From contig CP075495.1 of NCBI GenBank assembly GCA_021613535.1, positions 6,634,001-6,698,000 of the forward strand: a stretch of 64,000 bases of DNA, written 5' to 3'. The translations under genes were made by a program, and so were the position numbers. Origin of the DNA: Adineta vaga (lineage: Eukaryota; Animalia; Rotifera). The notes under the pieces are model-generated. The model was not told the origin of the DNA. It searched no databases and saw nothing but the letters and a program-made list of their open reading frames with translations. This document shows positions 13,114-26,912 of the stretch, one piece after another; position 1 is the first letter of the stretch; every line of letters starts with the position of its first letter.

Positions 13114-16100
13114 ATGGTAGCAAAAACTCAACCTGCTATTCCTCCGCCACCACCGCCGCCACCGCCACCACCACCACCACCTATTCATCTAGAAACTATT
13201 TATGAGGAATCAGGCAGTAGTTTTACTTCATCATTTGTTGATATTCATTATCAACAATTACGCAATCAGCAAAAATCACTAATTGGTAGTACTGTTCAAG
13301 GGACTCATGGTCTCATTAGTGCTCGTTCAATACCATCAGTTGATGTACATCGACGTCGACGAGCAAGTGAATATCAAACAAAACCACCTATTGAAGTTCG
13401 ATTTCGTGATGGAACTAAACGTTATATTCAACCATTATTAACAGGAACATCGATGATAATGAATAGAAGAAAATATTCACCAGCTTCTTCTCGACATGAT
13501 TCATCGTCTTCAACAAAAAGTATTATAAAACATCGACAACTATTTAATCTTACACCGAAAAAAAAGAAAAAATTACCAGAAAAAGCCAAAATTATTCTTA
13601 CAATTATAACTGCAGAAGATTTAAGTCAAGCTGGTATAACACCACCTTCGACTTCCTCACCTGATGAGTCTGATACATTAGCATTTACAAAATCACATTC
13701 GAACTCATCCTTAGATACACTTAAAACAGTAACGGATATCTCATTCAGAGATGCTACTACAGGTCAGTAGATTGATTTCATTTTTTTCCTCTTCTTAACA
13801 CCTTAGTTCTATCAGAAATATCCAAACAAAAAAGTAAAAATTATTCTACATTTCCTTTCTCTTGACCTTGAATATGACAAAATCCGATCTTTCTTTCTTT
13901 CTTTTAAAAAAAAATTGCATCCTTGTTATGTACATCAATCGATAATACAACGAGCATATGAATATCCATTTTTTTTTGTTTCTAAGAGCAAGGTAATAGT
14001 CACCTTCATTCGAAACCTTCACACAATGTACATTAGCAATATCGAAATGGCTGCTTGTTCAGTCCTGTGCTTGAATGATATTCTTAACGTATTGCTACAT
14101 TGTGTTACAATTTCGTATAGATATTTAGAAGAAATATTCGCGTCATCGTCGCCGATATCTCATAAAGTGAACCGAATCTAGAAACGCCCTTTTGGAGTAA
14201 TCAAAGTTCGTCATTGAGAGATATTTAAATATTGATAGTAGTGTGAACTTGTTATTTGTCGAATGAAATGTTGAAAATTTTGAACGATAAAGTAAATTGA
14301 CATACCCCATCGTCGAGGTTTAGAGAGAAAGATTAATTTTAGGTATAACTACTGTCTGAGTGCATTTGCGTTCTCATTTACCTACTGATTGACGTGTAAC
14401 AAAAAGAAAATGTAAAGAAGAAAGATGTACGACACATTTTAATGAAGCAGATACGAAATTATTTGAGAAAATAATTTTGGTCATCTATAAAATACAGGAT
14501 TTTGTGTCAAGTAGATGTTAAAGTCGAGTTTTTCTTTCGTTATTGAATATATTTACAAAGACCTTGCGTCAATTTTCAAAAATTTTGTTTTGCAGATCAT
14601 GAAGATTCTATCTTTAATGAAGAATAAGTAAGAGAAAAGTTCATACAAACATGTCATATACTTCAAGATATCTTTTTATCATTCATCTTCTATAAAATAA
14701 AATACAATTTTAATTGATATTGTTCTTATCTGAACAACCAATGATAAAATATATAAACGCTATATAATTGCTGATCTAAATGATTGTATGTTTTGCTTGA
14801 TACTTATCATTTGAATGAAATATCAATATCCTATCAAAGGAGATCTTCCTTTCTTTCTCACTATGATAACATATTTCTATATTGATACTTACGTAATATT
14901 GAACTTTGTCTAAAGATAATTTTCGTATATTATATTCTAGTACCAGTAGAAGATTTATCAGTAGCAACTGTTCCATCAATAACACTTCAGAATACTGCAC
15001 CAATTATGGACATTTCTTTATCGAATCTTCATTTTTCTGATGCATCTCGAAATCGTTCTCAGTATCATAAAGAATTGAGGCATCCTTTACACGTTGATAC
15101 TAGTCGTAGTCAAAGTTTACCACACAATCGCATAGTGTCTCAAATACACAGCGAACATCCACGATCGATGAAGGATCATTAATTAATTCATTAATTCAAT
15201 CATCGGAAAAAGCTTTTCCTTCACTTCATATTACTTTAAAAGGCGATAAGAATAACAAAAAATCATCATCGAAAGTAACTCAAGCATATAATTCGAAGAT
15301 TTCATCGAAAACTAATCATGAAACAACGAACAGTGAACAAAAGTATTCTCTTCAATCACAAACATCAACATCATTAGGTACAAGTGGATCTCGGAGTGCT
15401 TTTCGACCATTCCTCAAATCAGTAGGTAATTATCCACAATCACAAATATCATTTAATATCAATTCACGATCACAAATTTCAACACATCAAATGTTACAAA
15501 AGTAAGTTGATCTTCGATATGAATATTTTTTTGTTATATTTCTTAATTCATAGTTTATCACAACCACCACCATCATCATCATCATCTCATCATCATCAAC
15601 AGCAACAACATCAAATCCTTTCGTCATCTCAATCTCAGTATGAACAATATCCACATGCAACATATACTAATACGATACAATTCACATGGCAAACACCTTC
15701 AACACATTATGATCGTCGTTCACTCAGTTCCGATGCACCAAAACAATCATTAAATTCATTTCTATCGAATCAAATGTTGTCAGATAATTTAATCAATTCA
15801 ACTCCACATATGGTAAATTCTCGCAAAAAAAATTTGTGTCGAATAATTATTTCATTGAATATTTTAGGATACAACACATTATTCTCAGCCATCTATGTTG
15901 AATATGGTCGATAATTCTTATAATTCATCAACTATACCAACCGATCAATGTTCCGATCCACATCGTCATATGGTTAACGTTGATCCTAGTTTACAATGGC
16001 ATAGTGTGACATCAAAATCTTTATATGATGTTCCTCGTCTATCCGATCAATATTCAAATATTCCGTTACGTATAACTATACCAGAAGGAACACCAACACA

Positions 16101-16299
16101 TAATCAGAAATGTCTTCATAAACATGATGTTCAATTAGAAAAACGTCTTTTAGATGCCGGTTTATCACCTGAAACAATTGCACTTTATGAGCGAATTCTC
16201 GAAGTTGCTGATATTCGTCAAAAACGTCGAACACAACCACCATCTGCAATTATGGATCAGTATCAAAATAAATCATTGCTATCAGTAGTAAAATATTAA
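13114..16299 (+). CDS. Uncharacterised low-complexity (Pro/Ser/Gln-rich) protein; model uncertain, may be two genes; frame break near 15120
   Basis: ORF 13114-13762 ends at a phase-1 donor compatible with the acceptor at 14940; downstream exons (to 15501, 15554-15812, 15868-16299) splice in frame. No recognisable domain. Confidence 0.55.
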
Positions 16300-18693
16300 T
16301 GTCATATTTTTCGATTTTATTCCACTTTCTTTTACTTCTTTTTTTCTCTTCGTCTTCACTCTGTTGTTTATGTCAAACAAATGAACGAGAAGACAAACTT
16401 CTCGTCTAAATTATATACATATATATAGATATTTATTTGTGTCACTTTCTATGTGCATGTATACTGTCAGGGTTTGTTCGTTTGTTTGTTTTTATTTTTT
16501 ACAACAATTTCGATTTTCTTTGAGATATATACATCGTACTTGTTTGTATTATGAACACATTAGATTAATTTCATGCACTTGAAATTGGTACGGGAATTAA
16601 CCGTATGAAGAATTCGAAATTTTGTAATAAAACTTACAAAGAAAATCAAGTAAATTTTGATGAAAAAGAAAATGTAATTTAAAAGTAAAGATTAATGAAC
16701 AATTTTGATATGAATAAGATATGTAGTTCATTTGATTTAGAAGAGGATAACTGATCTTATTTATTTAATGTAAAAAATGAAAGATTTTTCATGCGATAAT
16801 ATATTTTCAAAGTACTTACAATGAATAAATTTCTTTTCGATGATTTCCCTTGTGATATATATGGTTGACTTTATTGTTAATTATTTGTTTGTCTTATATA
16901 GAAATAAATAAATATTCTGATCAAGAAAAGTACTAATAGGGTTTGTTTTTCTTTAAATTTAACGAAATTCAAATTGATTGATTTCTTCAATATCCCATGG
17001 GCTATTCATTATGCACATAAAGCTAGTTCAGTTAGACTTACAATCTAATTTGTATTTGTATAGTTTTGATCGCTGTTTGCAAGACTTCTATACAATAGCG
17101 AAAGGACTGTTTTTTTTTCTAATCATTTCCTTTTCAAAATGAAAAATACTATTTGAAAATAACAAACAAAAAAAAGAAACTTTCTAAACAATGTTAAATT
17201 TACGTTAATGATACTCTATTCATTCAACTTATTGTATGGATTCTATAAATAATTTCCTCTAATTCCCATTTGATTCTTATCTTTCGAAGTATTGCTAAAA
17301 ATAAGTGAACTCTCCTTACGAAAGGTAATTATATTCACTTTGAATGTATCATTTATTTTTGAGTTATAAATAGAAAGAAATGATAGAGTTTTCTTAGTTT
17401 TAAACGTAATTTCGAATATGATTTTATTTAGTCACGTAGAGTCTATAAGTCATTAGATTAGTCAATGGTAAATGCTGATATCTATAGACCATTAACATTA
17501 GATCTATTGACATATGTTGAGAAAAATACGAAAATTCGAAGTGTCAAAAGATGAATCGATATTGATCACTAATGTTATTTTGTTGTTTTTTTTTGTAGGT
17601 GCTTTTAGAAAAAAAAGAAGAAGAAGAAAAAAATTCATATTATTTTATTACCTATAACCCTCTTGCACTTTTTTCTTCTTATTCTTTCTTTGACGAAGTT
17701 CTTGACAAATTCATATATACGACATTGACGAAACTTCGAATGTTTTTTTACTATTCGCTTAATCATTTTAGGCATATATAGTCACTAGACATCCTTCTGT
17801 TTGCAATGCTCGTGTTTCACTCTTTCCTTGCATAACAATATAACTAAACACACACAGAGGCATGTAGTGACAACGGCAACGAACATCAAAAGAAAAAAAA
17901 GGAATGAGAGAAAGAAAAAGAGTCATTTTTTTTCTAAATGATGTATCGAATAGTAATCGTAGTATTCTTTTCAGATTATCATCAAATCTATGAGTAGCTT
18001 AAAGTTTATCGAACGAAAGTATTAGACCATCTATTTAACAACATACAAGAGAAGAGACCAAACATCCAGATTATAGTATGTAATACATTTCTTTCTTTCA
18101 TATTCTAACATATCTATCAACCTATCTTGTCTTGTCTTTTTCGACTACATGTTCTATTTAGTTACATACTGACAGTAATTCATTACTGTTTGCATTATGA
18201 TGATGTATAGAAATGTCTATACAAGTCAGTTTCTTGTTTTTTCTCTCTGATAAGTATACTATTTCAAGAATGATAGAATAATATTCGACATGTTGAAGAT
18301 TGCAGCCTTGAAGAATGTCCTTTTACTTTTTTCTTGTTTCTTCTCTCGCATCTTACTGATTTACGAAGGAGAAGAAAAACGAATACTTTATTGTGTTGTA
18401 TACTAATGAAATAAAAATTCAAAATTATCTGATCTTTAAATATCGATTTGAGTAAATATTGTTTTAAATACATTTTTTTTCCACAAAAAATATAACATAT
18501 TACTAAAGGTCATGGAAAACAAATATAATCATCTACGTAACTTTATATCTATACATATTTGAAAGTTTCTTGAACATGACGAATTCTTTTCTTTTTTTTG
18601 TTTTGAAAAAGTTAACAAGAATATTAACCTATTCATAGAAGATTAACATAACTGACATGTTCTTTATAGTTTAATAGCGAAATTTCATCCATA

Positions 18694-21600
18694 ATGGCAA
18701 GTGCCAATATTCAGTCTGTATATGCAACTGCTTCGACAATGGTATGTATCTACGTTTTTTTGTCAAAGGAAATTTTATTTCTTCGAATAGATATCGAAAA
18801 CAATGGAAGCTATTGCAACAAATTTACAGAATAGTTTTACTGTCGATCCATCGAATATGAATGCTGAATCATCATCTATATTAGGTTTCAATGATACACG
18901 TGATTCTCGAAAAATCCAAATGCCTGAAACACGAATAGGTTTAGGATCAACAGAAGGTGATTTAATTTCAATGATGAAAAAATATTTGGAAATTGTCGGA
19001 TTAGTTTTCTTTGTTTGGTTACTTGGTAAGTAGATATTCAATATTTGTGTTTACTACTCGAGAACGATTCTCTATTTAATTCTATTGATTGACTTCTAAA
19101 AGAAAACTTTGAGTATACTCGAATCTGAATAAGAAATTTCCGTATAACGAATAATCAATCAATGATTTATTATCGATATGTATCTTTTCGTATTTGATAA
19201 TATTCTTCAAAGTATTCAAATCTGTATAAAGTTTACATACTTAAAACAAAAAAGATCGACATGAATAACATACCCTCGAAATTCTTTGTATTGAAGATAC
19301 TTGAGATATTATTACAGAAATAAGATCGTTCGATTGTTGAGAGTTTGTTTCTTTTCAAATAAAATCAAAATTGTTATTTTTACTAGCTCAATGATCATCA
19401 TAAAAGATAGAATCTATTAAGGATATCGACGTGTTTGATAGAATTGTTTTGCATATAGAAATATTCTTTGCCTTAACATCCATCAATCATAATTAGACAA
19501 AATAAATATTTGTAGAGTAATATATTATAATCAATAACTTTCAAATAAATCATAAATTATAATGAATCGATTGATAAAATCAGATCTATGTACTACCAAT
19601 GAATTCCGATATGAAGTTATGCAAGATAGAATGTTATTTTATTAAGTACATACTGATCATGAGAATACTTTTGTAGTTACTACAATTGTGATTTAACTTT
19701 AGAAATGTAGAATTCAATGCGTGACAGAGTTTATCAATTCTTAACCTTCAAAATTTCCGGATGAAAAAATAATCTCCATTTGATAAAAGTGATGATCACT
19801 GGAAAATCTCTCCTATTATGATTAGTTAGTTCATTAAGTAGAAATATAATATCTTTCTAAATATAACGATTTCTTTATTTGCTATTTTTAGGTTATTTCC
19901 ATTTTAGTGTGTCATGGATATTATTAGCCGTATTTGTATATTTATTTCGTCAACGTCAACGAACTCAGTTCAAATTACGTCATCGAATGCTTAAAGAAAT
20001 CAATAATGATGAAGAAAAGTATGTCAAAGCTCGTTTAGATGAATTACCATCATGGGTAAGTAAAGAAAAATTGTTTTATAAGTATATGTATGGATATTTG
20101 TATTTACTAGGTATTCTTTCCTGATGTTGAACGAGCTGAATGGGTTAATCGAATAATTAAACAAGCATGGCCCTATGCAAATAAATATTTAGATAAAAAT
20201 GTATTTCATGATATAATGATTCCATTAATTCGAGGAACATCATCAGCTCTATCAGATTTTGCATTCGAAAGACTTGATCTTGGAGAAACAGTACGTTCTT
20301 TGCATTTTAGCAGCAAGATTGTTGTACATTTTTTGTGATTATGTTTCATTTTAGCCACCAAGAATTGGCGGTATTAAAGTTTATACGGACAATGTTCGAG
20401 ATCAAATTATGATTGATGTTGAAGTTTTGTAAGTTATTGAGAACTATAGAGTATTTTGTTTTCGTATAGTATATAAATGCATTTTTCTTGATAAGTTATG
20501 CTGGTGATGCACTTGTAAAAGCAAAAGTCAAAGGAATTGTTTGTGGAATCAAAGATATTCAATTTGTTGGTGACCTTCGCATTATTTTAAGTCCTTTAAT
20601 CAATACAATTCCATTGTTTGGTGCATTAACGTATTTTTTTCTAAAAAAACCCGTAAAATATCATTTCATATTATGTAAATTTGTTAAATGTTTCAATCTT
20701 TAGAGTATTGATTTCAAATTAACAGATGCTGGTACATTGGTTGATATTCCTGGTCTAAAGTATGAATCGATATCGAAAAGAAAATAAGAAATTGATGAAA
20801 TTATTGTTGTTTTTTCGAATAGTGATCTGATGCTTGTTCAAATCAATGACATTGTTGCATCATTAATGGTTCTACCTAATAGACAAGTTTTTCCATTAGT
20901 GAACGGTGTTCAAATTGGACATTTGAGATGGTCCAATCCTCAGGTTTGATTGAGAAAATCTTCTTGTTTAGAATAATCTTTTGCTGTTGTTGTTGTTGTT
21001 TTTCTATTAGGGTGTTGTTCGTGTGTATATCATTAGAGCACATGATTTGATTAAAGCAGATATAAATTTTCTTGGCAAAGGTAAAAGTGATCCATTTGTT
21101 AAAGTAAAAGGTATGAAAAGAGTCTTTTTTATCTCGAAAGAAAATTGGAAAATTATTCTTTTATTAGCACAAGGAAATATGGAATATAAAACAAAAACAA
21201 TCAATAATACTACGGATCCTGAATGGAATGAAGTAGATTTGTTATCGTTATTCTTTTTATTTCAGTGAATTCATTATTGTCTCTTTCTAATCAGGTATTT
21301 GAATTCGGTGTTGAACAGTACGAAAGTGATTTTGTCGAATTCGAAGTGTTCGATGAAGATCCTGGAAAAGATGATTTCATTGGAAGGTATTTGATTATTA
21401 ATTCAGAATGATACTGAAAATTGCTTCGTCTTTTTTTTCTTCTAGAGCTCAATTTCCTTTGAATGCTTTGATTGGTAAAGACTCTATTGATACAGTATGA
21501 TTTCCTTCTAATTTCGAAACATAAGGGATAGATGGAGTTTTTATCACTATTTCTAGTGGTTAACATTAAAAGATGTAAAAAAAGGTTCATTAAATGTTCG

Positions 21601-23480
21601 TTTACAATACTTTTCGTTGACGAAACAAAAATCTGCTTTGGAAATTGTAAGTTTAATTCAAATTTTCTTTTAGTTTCACAAAAATAATGAAATTTTAGAT
21701 AGAAAAAACGAATAGTCAAATGATCAAACGAGAGAAATTGTCGAAAGCTTTACTTGTTTGTTTTATTGATCGTTGTTTAAATCTTCCTGTAAGTACATAC
21801 AATCGAATCTTTCATATTGATGTATAAAATTTCAATGTCTAGCGTTCGAAAAAAACACGCCGTGAACCAAATCCATTTTGTCGAATAAGAGTCGAAGGAA
21901 GTCAAGCAAAAACTCAAGCTCTGGAAAGTCAAACAAATCCACAATTTGAACATGTTTCTCAACTCTTATGTGCAAATCCACTTCATGAAAAACTGCATAT
22001 TGACGTATGTGATGGACGAAATAACAATGATGTCATTGCATATTTTGAATTACCAATCAAACAAATCTATGATACAAATTCCATGACTATTGATACACAA
22101 TCATTCGCATTGAAAAGTTCATCAGAACCATTAGACAAAGCACAGATTCTGCTTCATTTATCATTGTTTGTAAGTTAATTTCTAACTGAACACGAAAAAT
22201 ATACTAAAATATCTTCTCTCTCTCTCTCATAGATTCTTTCTCCGGAACATTCATTAAATGAACATTGTCACAGTCCTGTACCACAATCACCATCATCAAC
22301 TAGTATACATTCATTTGATTATTTATCATCATCAACAACAAGTGAAATGCTTGATGCAAAACGTAGTACTGCAAAAGAATCACTGCAACAAACACCATCA
22401 GAAGATGAACAGAAATTAAAATCTATTGCATCTGTATTTCCATTTCAGGTAAGTGTTTTAGAATGTATGCGAATAATTAATCAGTTCATATGATATTGAG
22501 TATGGTAATATAGTAAGAAAACACTCGAATTTCAATCATTATATAGAATAGTATTAAAAATATGAATCGAAAAACGTATTATATAAGAGAGATGATCAAC
22601 GAGTACATGAAGATAACGAAAAACGGTGCTTGAAATAAGTATTTCTGTGCAGAAAATAATCAACTAATCGTTTTCTTTTTACTTAGTCAACTCCATCGAT
22701 TTCTTCTTCTCCTCGATCAGAACAAAGATTGCCCGCTGAGAAAAAATCTCTTGTAATCTCTGATGATCCTGATCTAAAGTAAGAAATAATGAATCATTTT
22801 TTCTTTTTAATTTCTTATTTATTTTCCTCAAAATAGAACAACAAAATATGGTAGAATCAAACTTGGTATTCGCTATACTGTTAATCGTAAATCATTGTCA
22901 GTCACTGTATTTTGCTGTCAGTAAGTTTCTTTGAAAGGAAACCGAAAAATAGATACATTTTATAAATTTGTTTCTTCAGAGATCTTATGAATGTTCATCA
23001 ACAACATCTACCTGATCCATATGTACGTATTTATTTGTTACCAGATTTTAAAAAAGATAAGAAGAAAACAAAATCCATTCATGACAATCTCAACCCTACT
23101 TATGATGATCTGTAAGAGGAGAAAAACAAAAAACGATTGATTAAAAGATAACAATAGATGTTATTTCTTTTTTAGATTCGAATGGTCAGCATCATTAGTT
23201 GATGTTCGTCGTCAACGTATTTCATTGAGTATTAAAAATAATTCACCTTTATTCGCCCAAGAAGAAACTTATATGGGTGATGTAAGTAAAAGAAAATTTC
23301 ATTGAATTATTTACCTTCTTTTCTCACTTCTTCCAGCTTCAAATCGATTTATCTAATCTTGATCCAGAAAAAACAAGTATCGCATGGTATGCTTTACAAG
23401 AACCGAATACTAGTGGTGGAGGTATTATTAAAATAAAATATGATATATTCGACAACTCTGAACCTCAGACACAATTATAA
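18694..23480 (+). CDS. ESYT2: Extended synaptotagmin (hairpin TM, SMP domain, three C2 domains)
   Basis: ELPSW|VFFPDVERAEWVNRIIKQAWP (SMP start), GVVRVYIIRAHDLIKAD...KSDPFV...FDEDPGKDDFIGR (C2A with acidic Ca ligands), PDPYVRIYLLPD (C2C); many short introns. Confidence 0.93.
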
Positions 23481-24224
23481 TAGCTGCCGTTTGTTCTTTC
23501 AAGCTTTCATGTAACATTCTTTATATTTTCGCATTTTTATCTATTTTCACATGCTATTGAAAAAAGTTTCTTCGATCTTTCATGTATTCAAGATTAGTTT
23601 AGAATATGAACCGATACGGATAACAAAAGAAAACCATAGTGAAACTTTCTTATTGATATTAATAAAAGAAACAGTGGAAAACTTTAATGATGGAAATTTT
23701 AAAATACTGTGCCTCGATTTTTCAGCCAGATCAATTGAGAATGTGTGAGTGTGCAATATTTTTCTAATGAAGAGAATGCTTCAATATTGAAATGTTTTCA
23801 AAGAACTTTGTTTGTTCAATTTTTGTATGCGCAAATAGTAAGATGATCATTAGTTTACTAATCATATCTCGACTATCACTAATAAGCATATGGTCATACT
23901 CTAGGTTATCCAATGAAAAGTAGTTTTGAGTATGTTCATTGAAAATCTTCATAAATAATCATGCTACAATTATAAATAACTGCCACTAATGAAAATATGT
24001 TTACTAAACTGTGAAATATACATTTTGACTGAATAGATTCAATTAAGAAAATATCTTTCAAGTATTTTATCAAGAAGAAATTTTCTTCTTAGTCTTTCAT
24101 ATCTATAAATAAAAGAATACGTCAATGTGATCTGTCATTTCTACAATCAAACTTTTGAAGAAACTATCGTTTCCATTGTCACATCTTCTATCAGTATAAT
24201 TTTTCTTTCGAAATAATTCGTGTA

Positions 24225-25357
24225 ATGCAGTGTAAAATATGTGGCAGTGTAGCTAAAGGTTATCATTATGGTGTTTTGACTTGTATGTCGTGCAAAGTTT
24301 TTTTTCAACGACATGTTCTAAATGATATTTATACAATCGAAGTAAACAAAATTTTTCTTTTATTACTAAGTAATTTTCTACTTTAATCATTTAGAAAATA
24401 GTTCTATGTCGTTTTTCGAATGGTTCATGTAAAATCAATGAAAGAACACGAAAAAATTGTATATCATGTCGATTAACTGCCTGTTTGAAAGCTGGTATGT
24501 GTCAACGACGACAAAAGTCATCAAAAACAAAATCCATATTGTCTTTACAAAACTGTCAGGATAATCAATTGCCAACATTGGATTTATTAAATGCTGATCG
24601 TTCATCATTAAATTCTTATCAATGGAATATTATTTCGAATATTACACATAAATATGATCTTTTATTTGAAGAACATAAAATTACTATCACTCAATTTCAT
24701 ATTCAAAATGAACAAAAACCTGTAAAACTTCGTTTAAAATTATCTAATTATACACAGATTGTTACGACTTATTTTACATTTATGGTTGCATTTCTTGAGC
24801 ATATTCCCGAATATCAATTATTCAATTCATCTTAACGTGAAATTCTTATTCATCATAATTTAATAACATTAACTGGATTAAATAGTCATTATTTAGCTAA
24901 TGCTACTGGTTACATTCCATATTTTGATAAAGATTATTCATCGATCGTGGAGATTCTCTATGGTAATGAAACGATTCTGAAAAATGAAAAACTTCGTGAA
25001 CAACTCGATGAAATCTTTCATAATAATCCTATATTAATCAAATTAATTCTTGTAATTTTTGCATTTGAAAACGTAACACCAGCTTTATTATTTTCCAATT
25101 CGCACGAAGATCAATTACAATCATTTTTTCACATGTTACATCAAAGTCAGAATAATTATGTTGATCTCCTATGGCGTTATATGTTATATCGATTTCGACA
25201 TGAAAACATCGTTATACATTTGTTTTCTCATATTATTTATAATTGTTTACGTGTACAAGACTTTTCATATCGAACAGCTGAACAAAATTCTAAACATAAT
25301 ATGATGTATGAAACTTTAATTGATCAATTTGAATCGAAATGTACTATGAATAATTAA
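24225..25357 (+). pseudogene. Divergent nuclear receptor (C4 zinc-finger DBD + LBD) with in-frame TAA at 24833-24835
   Basis: [29 protein letters not shown], intron 24342-24394, CRFSNGSCKINERTRKNCISCRLTACLKAGM; ORFs 24485-24835 and 24947-25357 share one frame separated by a single stop. Confidence 0.75.
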
Positions 25358-25950
25358 TTTTTCCCTGAATAGAAATGAATTTTATACTCAAAAACTTATT
25401 TTCATTCATGACTTTAATATTGTTTTTTTGGCGTAATAGAAACCTTTGTGCTGAAAATTTAATTATTTTTCTATTCTTATTTTTGTCTCACATAAGAATC
25501 GTATTTCTGCGTAAATAAAAAGAATAGCAACTAGTGATAATGAACTCTTCAAATGTAATCAGTTTGAATACATGTTGACAGTTTAATAATTTATAAAAGG
25601 AAATAGAAAGATTCAAATTCATATTAAAAAAAATGTATAGCGAGTATTTATGGATTACAAATGAAAAGAGATAAATAGAATAAAATAAATTGTTTCTCTC
25701 TTTTGTTTTGTTTAATCACTTATGTCAAAAACTTCTCGGGTGAAAAAAATAGGTCTCAATTGACAAAAGTAATTTATATTTTACTTCGCTGTTTCATTCT
25801 GTCAGATTTTGTTTTCATCAAAGAGAAGAAAAGGGTGTTTCACATATAGAAGTGATGAAAATTATAAACTAAAAGAAAAAAATAGATTTTCTTCATTTTC
25901 TTTACAGTGCCATTGGCAATAAGAAAAGAAAGAAAAGAAAGTTCAGCTCA

Positions 25951-26543
25951 ATGAGTATAAAGACAATCAGTTTTCCTCTTAACGATCGTCGTTCAAATCC
26001 AAAACTACCTGTGACTTCTCATTTATCATTAAAGAATCACCCACATCATCCTGCCCCATCTTTACAACATACAACAAGTAATAAGACACTTTTTCCAGTC
26101 GTATCAACAACTACGAATGGTAGTTCAAAACCTAGACCTTACCATTTAAATGATTTTGCTAATAATCATTTATTTATTGCTAAACGTAAGATAGCACAAG
26201 CTTTTCATGAACAATCAAATCGAAATGCTCAATCAACAAATGATCTTCTCTATTTATTCGATCAACAAGAATCGAAACCGAAAAATCGAACCATTAATAA
26301 ACCAAAACGACGAGTAAATTTTCATTCATTGAAATCTTTTGTCATTATTGATCTTCATCGCTTTATTTTCAGGAAAGTATGATGAATAAAAGTTCATCAA
26401 ATGATCAAAATATTCATTTATCTGTTCTCAATCTTCGTGTTAGTCCTCCCTATTCAACAACACAAACTCGCGCTCAATTATCAACAGGATTAATTCGACC
26501 TTTTGAATTATGGAGTGGTGTTAAGAATCTTTCTTCTGCATAA
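25951..26543 (+). CDS. Uncharacterised basic, Ser/Asn-rich protein (2 exons)
   Basis: ATG ORF, donor at 26313, TTCAG acceptor near 26372, in-frame second exon ending RPFELWSGVKNLSSA*. Confidence 0.55.
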
Positions 26544-26912
26544 GCTCAATAAACTCTAACTATTGTTAGTTCTGTATCTCCATTCTATATTTAATATAAT
26601 TCATCATTATGATTATTAAACACACAGTCATTTAACTATGATGTTAGTTTATCAAAGATAAATTCGCATACTTCTCACACTCTTGAGACGAAACATTTAA
26701 ACTATAAAAACATTGCAATGTGTTTTATGTAAACTAGAAATGAAATATCTTTTATATGATTGTTTATTTTTCGTTGAAGACAATGAAAACTACAATTTTA
26801 TTCATAGATTCTGATCTACTAGCAAATATGATAGATCTATTTCATAATCATTTGAAAAAAAAGTAAAATAAATACTTCTCTCTTGAGCGCTTAAATTTAC
26901 TTATACATTCAA

